A stretch of DNA of 64,000 nucleotides from Octopus sinensis (lineage: Eukaryota), in contig NC_043014.1 of assembly GCF_006345805.1 (NCBI RefSeq), forward strand, positions 42,346,001 to 42,410,000, read 5' to 3'. How positions within the stretch are numbered: the first letter of the stretch is position 1; every line of letters begins with the position of its first letter. Below, in pieces: positions 23,658-37,161 of the stretch. The position numbers and the translations under genes are program-made. A model generated the notes under the pieces. That model had not been told where the DNA came from. It did no database searches and was given only the letters and a program-made list of their open reading frames with translations.

Positions 23658-24670
23658 ATGTAATGTAAAGCAGTTTTCAAAATCAATATAAAATTTTAGT
23701 CTTACTGTGATAAGATGAAATAGAGGTTAACAAAGTGCTTATTTTTCACTGAATGTTCGTTGGAAAAAGAAAAAAGGTATACTTAATATTCTAAATTATG
23801 TGAAAATACTGGATAATTCACCATGAATTATACACAAACCATTTAAAGAAGTATAACATGTATGGTTTGGCTCACCAGGCATCTTAGGAATCCAGTTGGT
23901 GCTGGTATGAACCAGCAGCTTTTTTTTTTTCTGGTCAATTGTTAAAAAAAAACAAAATACAAGTAGAATTTGTTGCTATTATGCAAAAGTGTTGTAAGTC
24001 CAAAATGTTGCTTTTTCAGAAAATGAAAAAAATAATCTGACCATTCCATTTCTTTTTACATTAGCAACAGTCTCAGCTTAACAATAATACTTTGTTTGGG
24101 TGCATAAAATCGTTAACTCCATGCAGGTATGATATTTTCAGTCAGAAATATTTTTGCAAAACTCATATGTGAGACTTATTACACTTTAAAAAAATGCTAA
24201 ACCGTTATACGATGGGCTTCTTTCAGTTTCCATCTACCAAATCCACTCACAAGGTTTTGGTCGGCCTGAGGCTATAGTAGAAGACACTTGACCAAGGTGC
24301 CATGCAGTGGGACTGAACCCAGAACCATGACAATTTTCATGTCTTCACAACTGAAGCAGCCGTAGATACGATAGTTTGATCAAAAGAACTGGCTATTGCA
24401 AGCAAAATTAAATATTGGGAGGGGGTGTGTGCCAAATTTGGACATACAACAGTTAAACCTAATAGCAACAACTTGATCAATCATTGCTATTTTGCTACCA
24501 TATATGGTAGGGAATGATTAGGAGAGATAAGGGAGTCACTTATACAGAACACTACAGAGCTAGAAATAGATAAAGAAGGACCGAAATCTATTGTGAATTA
24601 GATGATAAAATTATGTAAGGTCTGAAAGATAATTTTATGAAGAATGGTACCACCAATCATCATTACCATT

Positions 24671-24898
24671 TTAACCCTTTAGCATTTAAACCGGCCATAT
24701 CCGGCCAAAAGTGTTCTGCCTGTTTTATATTCAAACTGGCCAGATCTGGTCTCTCACACCAACCCTACAATATCGTTTTAAAAATTAACAGTTACCTCAT
24801 CAAAATCTCATAACTACAAGGTAATGCATGATTAGTTCAAAACAATGTGGATGAAAAAGCATTAATTTTGGTAGAATAATGCGAACACTAAAGGTTAA
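24671..24898. mobile_element. piggyBac-like MITE (second copy)
   Basis: TTAA|CCCTTTAGCATTTAAACCGGCC ... CACTAAAGG|TTAA, highly similar to 10251-10480. Confidence 0.85.
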
Positions 24899-26844
24899 TG
24901 TCCACTTTCCCATGTTTACATGGGTCAGACGGAATTCATCGAGTGAGATATCTTATAACTGAGTACCCTTTATCACACAAGGGCATGGTAGCATAAGGAC
25001 AATGGTATTTAATGTAATTCTTTGTCTTTCTGATGGTGGTAGAATGATTCTAGGGAATTTTCGGTTGCCACTTCCCGCAACTTTAGAGCAAACCAAGAAA
25101 GGCCCGGTTTGTGTTTGATTTGTATTAATGTAAATACATACACCGCTAGTGTTACCGAAATGATCCTAATATGTTTTAAGGTGGTGTCAGAAATACAAAA
25201 CAAATTTTTTTTAAATACTACACGAAAAATTTATAAATCAAGCCAAGGACAATCCTCTCTCACATACACACACGACAGAAAAAGAGATTTAGGGCAGATA
25301 TATGGGGAGGAAAAAAATGAAAATAGTAATAACGAGTTTTTTGGGGGTTTTTTTTTAAGAAAAGAGAAACAAACCAAAAAAAAAAAACAAACAAAAAAGA
25401 CTCTCAAAGAAATGTGTTAGTCTTTCTTTGTAGTGAAATAAATATTTTAATATAAAAATCAATGATGACTGTTGGAAGAAACAATAAAGTTAGATGTATA
25501 TTATTAGTATTGGTTTTGTGAATTTTTATATGCTTCTGTTCTTTTTTTCTTTTTAATAAGAAAGAAAGAAAAAAAAAAGCTTTTCTTTTGATATCAATAA
25601 TTTATTGCTTTCAACAAGAAATATTTTGTTTTTTTTTTTTGCTTTGTTTGTGCCTCTTGCTTAGTTAATTCCATTTTTCTTTCTCCGCCGACTGATTTTT
25701 CTTTCTATCACTATGCAAAGCCTATTAAAACATATTCGGGTGATATCAAAAGTACGTGTGAATGAATGCATATATGTGTGAGCGTGTGTATAGGAATTCA
25801 ATTCTATCTGCTTCTTGATAAGGTTTATTGTATCCAACAATTCTCACTTTGACCTTTCTCGTGACAAGGGCTGTAGGCGACTGACTGGAATACTCCCTAT
25901 CATAATATTTACTTACTTTATCAATCAACACCAAGCAAAAATTTATACCCAGAAAATGCTATCAGGTACCAAACACTATATACAGCAGAACAACCAAACT
26001 TTTCTACCAATTACACCAACTTTTGCACTATACACATGCTCACACACACCTTTCAGAGAATGTATGGTCGGTTGACACCTGATATCCAGCTGAGATGTCA
26101 CATGTATTGCTTATTTAGTTACCTGTCCGTCATGCTGTATATATGTATGTATGTGGGGGAAGGGCAAGATGCTTAATCCTCAAATGACCCACCCATCTAG
26201 TTGTAAATTCAGAGCCACAGGACAGGGACAGCAAAATACTACAAACAACGGCAACTTTACTAAGCCTGGAAAGTGAATGGGTCCCCGGCTGGTTTCGATG
26301 ACCTAGATTCAGTTGTTTGACCAACTCAATTCTCTACTCATTGGATTAGCAATTACGTGGTTGAGTATTCCAGAGATACGTGTACCCTTTTTGTACACCT
26401 CTAAATCAGTGTGAAACACAGCCAGCGGTTTGGTAAAAAAGACCAATAGAATAAGTACTGGGCTTACAAAAGAATAAGTCCCGGGGTCGAGTTGCTCGAT
26501 TAAAGGCGGTGCTCCAGCATGGCCGCAGTCAAATGACTGAAACGAGTAAAAGAGTAAGAGTATACCTTTTAATTACTTGTATAATCCACCTGATAAAGTC
26601 TCCACACACAATTCATATCCACTCAACTCATCTTGAATTCTAAGGTTTCGGTTGACCTGAGGTAATGGTAGCTGATGCCATATGGTGGGATCAAATCTAA
26701 GACCTCAAAAGCAAACATATTAACCAATTTAGCCATGCCCTATGCTATTTTTCTGATAGTTAAATTAAGGGGCAGAAGAAGTGTTCATGACCACTGCAAG
26801 TCCAAGGGATATAGCTGATGCTCAGTATAAACATTAAAAAAATT

Positions 26845-27071
26845 CGAGCGAGGTCGTTGCCAGTACCGCCTGACTGGCCTCCGTGCTGGTGGCACGTAAA
26901 AGCACCCACTACACTCTCAGAGTGGTTGGCATTAGGAAGGGCATCAAGCTGTAGAAACTCTGCCAGATCAAGACTGGAGCCTGGTGCAGCCATCTGGTTC
27001 GCCAGCCCACAGTCAAACCGTCCAACCCATGCTAGCATGGAAAGCGGATGTTAAACGATGATGATGATGAT
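26845..27071 (+). mobile_element. RTE-LINE 3' tail repeat
   Basis: ggcacgtaaaagcacccactacactc...ggaagggcatc...gttaaacgatgatgatgatgatg. Confidence 0.75.
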
Positions 27072-27179
27072 GTGGACAAGGAAGGGAATTCAAGAGGGTC
27101 TACATTCTGCAAAAGGATTGGATATTGTATTTAATGTGAGACCAGACGTTCTCTTTCAGTATTCATAATTTGCGGAGAC

Positions 27180-27520
27180 ATTCGTGGAGCTTAACTCCCA
27201 AAGTTAAACAACATGGAAGATGCACTAAGGATTACAGAACACATGTTTACATATACTCTGTAAGGGATTTTGGATTACTGTAGGAAATGGGGCTGGACAG
27301 GTCACACTCTAACACGAGACGCTGCAGGACAAGTGTTGTTAGACTGGGAACCTGACAGAAGGAGAACAGTAGGACTAGGAGAGGACTAAGACTAGGAGAA
27401 GATGCATAGAGGATGAAGCAAAAACAACCAGTCTCTCATGGTCTGAAATCAAAGCGGTGGCCCAAGATTGCCTCCACTGACATAAAATGATGAAATAGTT
27501 GCGGCCTGTGTTCTTAATGG
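27180..27520 (+). mobile_element. Degenerate RTE-clade LINE ORF C-terminal remnant
   Basis: With frameshifts reads RKWGWTGHTL..LDWEPDRRR..RRRCIEDEAK..LSWSEIKAVAQD, resembling the RTE pattern RKWxWIGHTLR..WxP..W.....AQDR. Confidence 0.65.
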
Positions 27521-27724
27521 AATATGAACCAACTGTAGTATGTTGACATCAACAAACAGACACAAACTCTTGCTAAAGTGACTGCAAGAATATTATAGGT
27601 ATCACTGAGTGAATGTAACTGGCAAAGACACAGTAATCTTAAGAGATTAGACTATTGATTGAATAAGTTAATCTGCAGGCCATATCTATAGCCAGGGGTT
27701 CACAGACATGCAATAACAGTAACC

Positions 27725-27920
27725 CTCTCTCTCTCAGAGAGGCACAAGCACCAATACACACACGGCAGTAACTTCCGCCTACCAAATTCAATCACAAAGC
27801 TTTGGCCAGCCCGGGGTTATTGCAGAAGACACTTGCCCTAAGCTCCACGTTGTGGGACTGAACCTGAAACCATGTAGCTAGGAAGCAAGTTCCCTAACCA
27901 CACAGCCATGCCTGCGCCTG
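27725..27920 (-). mobile_element. SINE family A variant with (CT)n end
   Basis: Shares gaggcacaagcacc..ggcagtaacttccgcct..aattcaatcacaaagctt with 1580-1660. Confidence 0.7.
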
Positions 27921-27947
27921 TTTTATATATATATGTACATATATACA

Positions 27948-28165
27948 CAAGAGAGTGCTGTAAAAAGTTTCTGGCCTTAAAAACATTGCAAAAGGCTTGG
28001 TTGGAAGCCCAATCTTCCAAGTTCTTTTATAGGGCTTAGAAAAACTGAAGGACTGCTGCAATATGTATGTGAATCTAAGAAGGGAATATGTTGAATAAAA
28101 TCATAATTAACTGGTCCTCCTATATTTTCTTTTACCCAAAAACCAGGAACTTTTCAACCCCCTTG
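27948..28165 (+). mobile_element. Internally deleted Tc1/mariner element
   Basis: Imperfect TIRs caagagagtgctgtaaaaagtttctgg / ccaggaacttttcaacccccttg|ta. The interior reads WLEAQSSKFF..GLEKLKDCCNMYVNLRREYVE*, like a mariner transposase C-terminus. Confidence 0.72.
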
Positions 28166-29314
28166 TATGTATGTATATACATATATATATATATGTGAAT
28201 GGGATGTTAGATGCCTGTGATGTTTCATTCATTTATAAATTTCAATGAATTCTAGCTATGACACAAGTAGGATACAGTTTGATCGAAGAGGCTCTGTGGG
28301 TGATTAATACATTGCCATATTATAAAGCCATTTCATTGCAATCACTTATTATTATTCTTCAATAACATTACGTTATTATACTTATTGTTTATTATTCACC
28401 AGCGAATCAATTAGCTGCAACACAAATGCTGGGCAGAAAAAATTGGTCCAGATTTGGATGATTGCCTCTTTTTATTCCTATCTGTTTTGAAACATCATAT
28501 TATTTAGATTTTTCTTCTTTATATTAAATACACTGTACAACACTTTAATATGCCTGATTAGTAAAGATTATAACAATCAGTTATTTTCTCTCTTTTTTTT
28601 CTTTTCAAATGTTAATTATTAGAAGCAATTACGTCATTCATTAGTACCCAGGTGCAATGTTAAGTGTTAAGGTGTAAATTGACACCAACTGCTATTACAT
28701 GCAATGTAATAAACCTATTATATCATCATCATCGTTTAACGTCCGTTTTCCGCGCTAGCACGGGTTGGACGGTTCGACCAGGGTCTGGGAAGCCAGGGGC
28801 TGCTCCAGGCTGATCTGGCAGAGTTTCTACAGCTGGATGCCCTTCCTAACGCCAACAACTCCGTGAGTGTAATACATATATATATATATACATATATACA
28901 TTAAGAATTAAAGCTAACAGTGGATGGGGGGGGGGGGCTCGACTCTACGTCGCCATTCAATCACGAGAATAGGATGATTTTTGAAAGAGCAGTTAAAATC
29001 TCTTTCAAAATACTACCTTACTGTCTTAAAAATGGAAGGACACACATTCGATAACACACACACCCAGATCTACGAAGATACTTAAAGCTTCAAGCTAATC
29101 CCCCGTCCCAAGTTACCCCACTGATAATTTGAAATCAATTCTATATCGCCCCCCCCCATCAGCCCGAACCTGGGATCATACACTACTACTACCACTTGTT
29201 CTTCTTATGCGGCAGGAATGAAATGACCCTCCAACTACCCAGAGGTAATTTCAAATCGATCCCGTTCTATTTACAGATAAATTGAATGCCTATCTAAATT
29301 ACGAGACGAAATGG

Positions 29315-29473
29315 GGCGATCCTTCGGTATAGGTACCGTAAGTGGCTTTGTTTCAGAAGATAACAGAAACCCTTTTCTCCCACCCCTAACCCTAACCCCC
29401 CACGTATATATAAAAAAAAAACACTTTCTTGAAATGTATCCGGTACTTCCGGTACCTATACCGAAGTTATGCC
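29315..29473. mobile_element. Small MITE with about 29-bp TIRs and 8-bp TSD (Merlin-like)
   Basis: TIRs ggcgatccttcggtataggtaccgtaagt / acttccggtacctataccgaagttatgcc; flanks cgaaatgg / cgaaatag; internal cccctaaccctaacc. Confidence 0.65.
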
Positions 29474-30749
29474 CGAAATAGGTTAATCTAAAATCGCTAC
29501 ACCGGGACCATACACTAACGCACACAATACATGTATCATTTGAGACGATTCGAAGAGGGACTGTGTGCACGCGATCGCTCAAAACTCCAACAGATACTGG
29601 CTGTGTGGTTTGAAAATTAGGGAGTCCTAAAGAACAGGAGAGAGGACAATGTCACCCGAGAAAAAAGTATAGAAAAAACGTAACGGTAGTGGAATGAACG
29701 TGTGGTCGTAGGTACGACCACAGGTCAGCTCGACCGAGGTTGGCAAACTGAAACCGTGGAAACTGTAGATCAATGCTTTGATAAGGGCATCAAGATTCAC
29801 AAATATTTTGTTTAATCTGCAAATCCGCGCGCCTGTAGATTATCTACGAAGCGGTTGACCAGACAAATATTTCTAACGGGAGATGATACCGAGATCAATT
29901 TCTGCTGATCTCTACGCATCTTCCATTTGTGGACATCCATGAGCAATTTCCGCATAGGTGTGTGTGTGATGCAATTAGAGGTTTAACTAACTTTCTGTAC
30001 ACGAAATAAATTATAAATTATCTCAGATCGGATACGAACGCTTAGAATTAACAACAATGGCATAATTAAATCAACTGGAGAGTCAACATTTCGGTTACAA
30101 AGTTGTTAATAAAAAATACAATTTTGGATCACAAATTAAATCCCAATGTTCGTCGTTAACACAATGTAGTCTTTTTTAAATATTTTTTTCTATTTCACCA
30201 ACCAAATATTAATGATTACGAATCAATACGCGGAAATAAAATAAATCGAAAATTATAATTAACTCCTCAGTTTGAATAAAAGCAAAAAAAATGCTTTTTC
30301 CCCCCCTCGAGTTTATACGTAGTTTAAAAAAAGTTCAACTGCCACGGAAAAATAAAAAAAAAAGGCGAATAAACTGAAATATTTTCACAACGATGATCGT
30401 TATTTTTAAAAAAAGAATAAATAATAATAATTCAATTTTATTTTGCATCATTGATATTTTTCTATAAACACATCTTTTTATATAAAGTAATAATAATTGC
30501 AGTCGAGTTTATTTCAGTTGACTCGCCTTTTTTTAATTTCTTCTTAGAAAACTAGAAGTTAATTATAAGAAAGAAAGAAAGAAAAATGAAAAGAATGTAA
30601 ATAAACCTTTTTTTTTGATGCTGAGAAAGAAAATTCTGTAAGAACAACTGGAATTTTCCTCCTATTCTATAAAACTACGTATACAAAATATCAGAATGTA
30701 TTTTCTGTTTTTAAGGCTTCACGCACAGACAAGCTTGAAGTGACGAAGT

Positions 30750-30840
30750 ACTTACTCAATCGACTGTGGTGACTGGACAATAAACTTTAGCGACACCAGT
30801 CCAGAGTAACCTCAGACGAAGTTGCCACAAGGGGGCGGCC
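30750..30840 (-). promoter_or_regulatory. CTCF-like motif next to a strong minus-strand 5' splice donor (candidate first exon)
   Basis: tgccacaagggggcggcc (30823-30840) resembles the CTCF consensus CCACNAGGGGGCGC; minus-strand gattga|GTAAGT at 30755-30750. Confidence 0.3.
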
Positions 30841-30926
30841 TTGCCTTGGCTTGTTGGGGGGCTTTGTTGATGAATTAAAAATATCTTTTGTTTACAATCC
30901 AACCGCCTCCTACAAAAAGGTACTTC

Positions 30927-31337
30927 GGATCTTTTCGGTTTGAACGGCAGTTTTTTCTAGCGGTGTCATATGAAATTGTCACCCATAATTATGACCCTTG
31001 TATCGAGCATTTCAATCTATTTTAAGGGTTAGGGGTGGAGGGAAGGGTATCTTTTTTCCTTCAGAAATATAAATAAACCCAATCTGTTTCTTAAACGAGG
31101 GACATTTTCATACGGCACAGAATGGTTTTTTTTTTTTACCTCAATGGACGTCATTGATCGGTTGAAATTGCAGAAAAAAACAACAACAAATATCTTACAA
31201 ACTATAGAATTTTCTCAATAAAGCCAAGTGAAAAAGATGTTTTATAAACACATTCTACCAGTATACGAAGTTTAAAAGTTTTTAGTTACGTGGAAATTAT
31301 TAAAAAAAAAAAACTGCCGTTCAAACCGAAAAGATCC
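30927..31337. mobile_element. MITE, 30-bp TIR GGATCTTTTCGGTTTGAACGGCAGTTTTTT, 8-bp TSD GGTACTTC (Merlin-like)
   Basis: Perfect TIRs; ggtacttc at 30919-30926 and 31338-31345. Confidence 0.9.
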
Positions 31338-32154
31338 GGTACTTCGAAGTGGCCGTTCGAGTTGTTAGAAATAACAGTCGGATCTCCCTCGCGTGATAAA
31401 CGAAACTCTACCGTCTTATGAGGTGTGTAGGGAGGAGGACGACGATCAAGCGGTTCTAATTGCCTTTCCTGTTCGATCACTAGCCAACCCCTGTCTAAAC
31501 AACACCACAAAACCACATGTACACTACTGGAATGATTGAACATGTTTTTGTAACACAATTAAAAGCTATTCTCTTTTTTACTCTTACTCTTTTACTTGTT
31601 TCAGTCATTTGACTGTGGCCATGCTGGAGCACCGCCTTTAGTCGAGCAACTCGACCCCAGGACTTATTCTTTGTAGGCCTAGTACTTATTCTATCGGTCT
31701 CTTTTGCCGAACCGCTAATTTTTTTTTTATTCGCAAAGTTGCGATAAAAAAAGGCCCCCCCAAAAAAACAAAGAAAGAAAAATATTAAACAAAGCCACAG
31801 GAAGAGGAAAAAAAAGAACGAATACTAAAAACCAAAACGTACGAACAGGAGGATCAAAAAGAGTTCTAAGGCTTAGTAAAAAGGACCACATTTTTCCTTA
31901 TATCTCCCCACTTAATCTCCAAACAAACAAATAGCTAATTAATTAGCCACACAGAGTTACTGACACAGAATTTGTTCGCTGCTTTTATTTTTAGGTCAGA
32001 GTGAAATTGCACTCAGAGAATTTAATTAACAATTTGTCAAGTGTCCCGGCGCTGGAATTCAAAAGGAACGCAAAGGTGCTTTTGATGCTATGGGTTTTTT
32101 TTTTTTTAATACATAATAAACAAAAAATCGAGTAAGACAAATAGGGCAATATTT

Positions 32155-32801
32155 GGATCTTTTCGGTTTGAACGGCAGTTTTTTAAAAAATAATTTCCAC
32201 GTAACTAAACACTTTCAAACTTCGTATACTGGTAGAATGTGTTTATAAAACATCTTTTTCTCTTGGCTTTATTGAGAAAATTCTATGGTTTGTGAGATAT
32301 TTGTTGTTTTTTTCCTTCAATTCTGAAATTTCAACCAATCAATTACGTCCATTGAGGTAAAAAAAACATTCTGTGCCGTATGAATATGTCCCTCGTTTGG
32401 ATCTTTTCGGTTGACCGGCAGTTTTAAAAATAATTCCACGTAACTAAACACTTTCAAACTTCGTATACTGGTAGAATGTGTTTATAAAACATCTTTTTCT
32501 CTTGGCTTTATTGAGAAAATTCTATGGTTTGTAAGATATTTGTTGTTTTTTTCCTTCAATTTCTGCAATTTCAACCAATCAATTACGTCCATTAAGGTAA
32601 AAAAAACATTCTGTGCCATATGAATATATCCCTCGTTTAAGAAACAGATTGGGTTTATTTACATTTGTGAAGAAAAAAGATACCCTTCCCCTAACCCTAA
32701 AATAGATTGAAATGCAATAGATCGATACTAGGGTTATAATTATGGGTGACAATTTCATATGACACCGCTAGAAAAAACTGCCGTTCAAACCGAAAAGATC
32801 C
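32155..32801. mobile_element. Same MITE family, opposite orientation, with internal about 244-bp duplication; TSD CAATATTT
   Basis: caatattt at 32147-32154 and 32802-32809; the left end restarts at 32399. Confidence 0.88.
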
Positions 32802-33487
32802 CAATATTTACTAAGTAATAAAAAACGCGACGTATCAATAACTAAAAGATGAACATGCACAAATATGTGTTTTAAATAACAACAAGCATTTCTTGCGGTG
32901 TCTAAGCCCGCCAAATTGTGTGTCCGTTAGAGAAGTTAAACCACCTGCCCATTCGATATACAGAAAGCGACAAAATATGCATTATAATAGGAATAATTTA
33001 GTCGATAAAAATCGACTGATTACCCCTTGAAGGCGACGCTTTAGGATTGTAGCAATCCAATGACTAAACTCGCTAAAATAAACAAACAAAACTAAACTAA
33101 ACTAAACTAGTACTTAACAAGTTTGCTAACTTGAAAGAAAACTTGAAAAAGAAAAAAAAAAGGAAACAAAGAAAAGAAAAGAAAATTGGAAACAAACCTG
33201 TCTAAAATAGCTGCTTAAAATAGGAAATATTTAGTTTGCATGGGCTATTTAGGACAGAGTGGTGAGAGGAAGATTTCAATTTTTGCTGTTTCTGAAAAAA
33301 CGTTCGTGCGCAAGAGGGATAAGAGGTAAGGTGCTGTGCGATGCAATATTCAATCTCATCTGGGGGCAACCGAAACGCCACCAGTGGAAAGAAACAACAA
33401 AAGGAGCTAAAAACAAAACCTGATTGGCCAACGGAAAGCGAAAATACCTTACTTCCGGCCCTTATTTTTAACACACACACACAAAAA

Positions 33488-33900
33488 GGCGACGTGGCAG
33501 AGTCGGTAGCACGCCGGACAAAAAATTGCTTAGCGATATTCCGCCCGTCTTTACTTTCTGAGTTCAAATTCCGCCGAGGTCGACCTTGCCTTTTATCCGT
33601 TCGGGGGTCAACAAATTAAGTACCGGTTGAGTACTGGGGTACTTGCTCCTCCCACCCCCGAATTCAGGCCTTGTGCCTATAGCAGAAAGGATTGTTAAAA
33701 CCAATAAGGGCGGCAAGCTGGCAGAATCGTAAACACGCCAGGCAAAATGCTTAGCAGCATTCCTGCCAGCTTGATGTTCTGGGTTCAAATTCCGCCGAAG
33801 TCAACTTTATCTTTCATCCTTTCGGGGTCGATAAGATAAGTACTAGTGGGATGGATGTAATCGACTAGCCCCACTGTCCCCCAAATTTCAAACCTTGTGC
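33488..33900 (+). mobile_element. Two adjacent SINE family B copies
   Basis: Heads ggcgacgtggcagagtcg.. and ggcggcaagctggcagaatcg.., each followed by gttcaaattccgccga.gtc.ac.tt...cggggtc. Confidence 0.75.
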
Positions 33901-36210
33901 TTATGGCCTTAAGAAAAATACCTCAGAAGGGGGCCATGTACACTAAATACTTATACAGCGGGTGTTTCGTATAAGTAAGAATCAGTCGAAAAACTTCGAT
34001 TAACAAAATCTACACGATCAAAACTTTTCTCACATGCAGACAAAGTCCAGTCCCTATTTTCTTTTAGAACTGCATACCTGTGACCTAGATTCAGTGAATT
34101 AATAAGTCCACTACTGGGGTCGTAAGAATTGCTTCACGTTGAACAATAAAAAAATGCTTTCTCGCTTTTTTTCTTAGCGTAGTTTTGTGTTTAAAAGATA
34201 AAATAATTTATAAAACTATAATCATTATTCGTCAAAATATAATATGGCCGTTTTGAAAACCTCAGCTGGATTACTCTGGTGTTAAAAACTTAAAAGGAAA
34301 AAGAAAAAGAGGAAAAACGGCCAAAGGATGACTAAAAAACTTAATTAAAATTTAGTGAAACTGGAGACTTAAATAGGTGGGGGTAAATGGTCACATTTAG
34401 CTACAGATCCCTAATCGATAGCTAATTAAAAAGCTCTAAAATGTATTGTTTTATTTTTAAGCCACCGAAATTATATTCTGCAAATTAACGGACATTTTGA
34501 AATGTTCAACAAAACACGTCCAAAAAGAGTTGGAAAGTTACGAAAAATTAGCATACACAACCAATGAATAGTGGAGGGTCGAGTGGTAGAGAGCTTTTTC
34601 TTTTGATCGAATGTGATTTAATAACTTAACGATTTATTCAACTGTTTACATTCTCCCTTTAACTAATTCACAAATGAAACACCAACCGAGTCAATTTTCA
34701 CACCAGTCTAGTAGGGCGTGCAATGGACAAGAGCCCTGTTCCTCGATTAATTTATAAAAAAAAAAACAAGACTCCCCAAAAAGGTTCAGATTAAAGAAAA
34801 AGAAATGTTTACTCAAAACGTTTAACGGAATTGTTATCGCGTATTTTTTTTTTAAATGGGAAGGCACGTAACGGTCGTGAACACAATCCCTTTATTAACT
34901 TATTAAAAAAAAAATACCCCCAAGACATATTAAGGAAAATAAAAAATGTTTAATCAAAACATTTTACGGCATTGTTGCCGTGTAATTTTGTTAAAAACCA
35001 TTTTTATTACAACACTGGCAATCTTTTTCCGATTACGCGAATTAATTCATAACATCCTTCCTGCGCCGTTACAGATAAAAGATCTCTGGCTTTCAAAAGT
35101 ACTCGATATCAGCCATAAATTTTCAGAGAGGTTCAGGCTCGGAGAATGCGTTATGAGCTAAAATGAAAGCCTTGATTTATGATGTTGGAGAAACGTTCTG
35201 AATAATTTGGCAGAACGAAGAATAGTAGTAGTAGTAGTAATAATAATAGTAGTAGTACTAGTAGTAGAAACATTATCGTATTGGCACAGTGCCAGTCTGA
35301 CGTGAGTAAGGCTGTTGTGTAAAAGAGAAGATGGTGGTTTTTGTCAAATTTTCTTCCATGTAATATCGTGCAGCGATAAACATCATGTAAGAGAATGCGA
35401 CGTCCAATACTCTGAATGGCGAAGTACCACCCTCACACCACATGTAACCACCTTTTCAGTATTATCTACATGATGTAGCAAATTCAAATACATCATGTCC
35501 GTTTTCGTTCCTTGCTTACTTCCTACACTCTCAAATCCTCGTTACGATAAACTTATAAACTACGTCGTTTACTCGAAAAAATGCGCAGTTCAGAAAGTGC
35601 CCCCTCTATACTGCGTCACTTGCCACACTAGAGACCCTTTCTCCCCACACACAAAACTGTGAAACTTTCCTCAAATTGAAAGAAAGGAAATTGCTTAACT
35701 TATGAGAGATTTGACGACATAAACATTATGTTACAAAATTCTAGCAAAAGTTTATGTTTATATAATAATCCTGACACTTCGTATGCCATAGAAAAAGTCA
35801 TAAAAAGCCTTATGCTGTCCAGATGCCCCAGTGTTGTTTATCTTTGAGACAGAAAAATTTGCACGAACAAAAATCGAAGTGAAGGAACGTGACAATAAAA
35901 GGGGAAAAAACCCGGAATGCATGCATACATACATGGTGGCTGCCCCCTCGTTATCGAGTATGGCCATTGCACGAAGCTTAATCAATGTTGTTATCGTGCA
36001 ATGCCTGTGCAAGAAGCTTTTTTTTTTAAATGAGGAAAGGCTGTGCACTGAGTCAATCCCACTCACTAAGCAACAGCAGCCATAATCCAAAAAGAAGAAC
36101 GAGTCAACATCATCGGTAACCACTGAGCTGCAGTTTTTATATAGGAGTTATCCCAGTTACCTTCTCCTAGAAGGATGCCTTAACAAAGGCTAGGAGTCCT
36201 TCACTCCCAA

Positions 36211-36258
36211 TACATACATACATACATACATACATACATACATACATACATACATACA

Positions 36259-36290
<32 letters not shown>

Positions 36291-36683
36291 CATACATACA
36301 TATACATACATACATACATACATACATACATACATACATACATACATACATACATACATACACATACATACATACATACATACATACATCATACATACAT
36401 ACATACATACATACATACATACATACATACATACATACATACATACATACATACATACATACATACATACATACATACATACATACATACATCATACATA
36501 CATACATCATACATACATACATACATACATACATACATACATACATACATACATACTACATACATACATACATACATACATACATACATACATACATACA
36601 TACATCATACATACATACATACATACATACATACATACATACATACATACATACATACATACATACATACATACATACATACA
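36211..36683. repeat. (TACA)n microsatellite, about 470 bp
   Basis: Direct inspection; few interruptions. Confidence 0.97.
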
Positions 36684-37161
36684 TGGAACTATCACAGCCA
36701 TGTGTGAGTTTTAAATGGACAATGTAATTGCTTCGGGCTTCCTCATACGACCTTAGATCAAGTGACTCGTAAAACCAGCAGCAAACAACATTAAAAAACA
36801 TTTTTTCCCCAACAATAATTAAAAACTAAAAAAAACAAATTGCATGACGACCATAGTAATTAAATTATAACCAAGAAAACCATGATTACTACAGAAAATT
36901 TTGCATTTGGAAGCAACAACGACAACAACAATTGCAGATGTTCTATTCATCCTTTGTTTGGTAGTTCGAAAATCGATTAAACTAATAACATTCGTAACTA
37001 ACAGCAGAAGAAAAGAAAAAAAAAAGCCCCATTCATGTTATTTCTAAATTGTTATCCATAATAAATTCAGGTGAGTATTTCGTTCCTGTTGGACTCGTTT
37101 GAATTTGGTAAAAAAACGAGGAACGAAGCATTCAAATTAGTCATAAAGAGCTAGCTGGAAG

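Noticed and set aside
29383-29400. CCCTAA telomeric-like repeats (also about 32690 and 41170)
   Set aside because: Only two or three units, internal to MITEs; not an interstitial telomere array.
33300-37080. Isolated plus-strand donor-like sites (gagGTAAGG about 33325, cagGTGAGT about 37071) suggesting a divergent gene
   Set aside because: Such hexamers are expected by chance, and no matching acceptors or coding exons were found.
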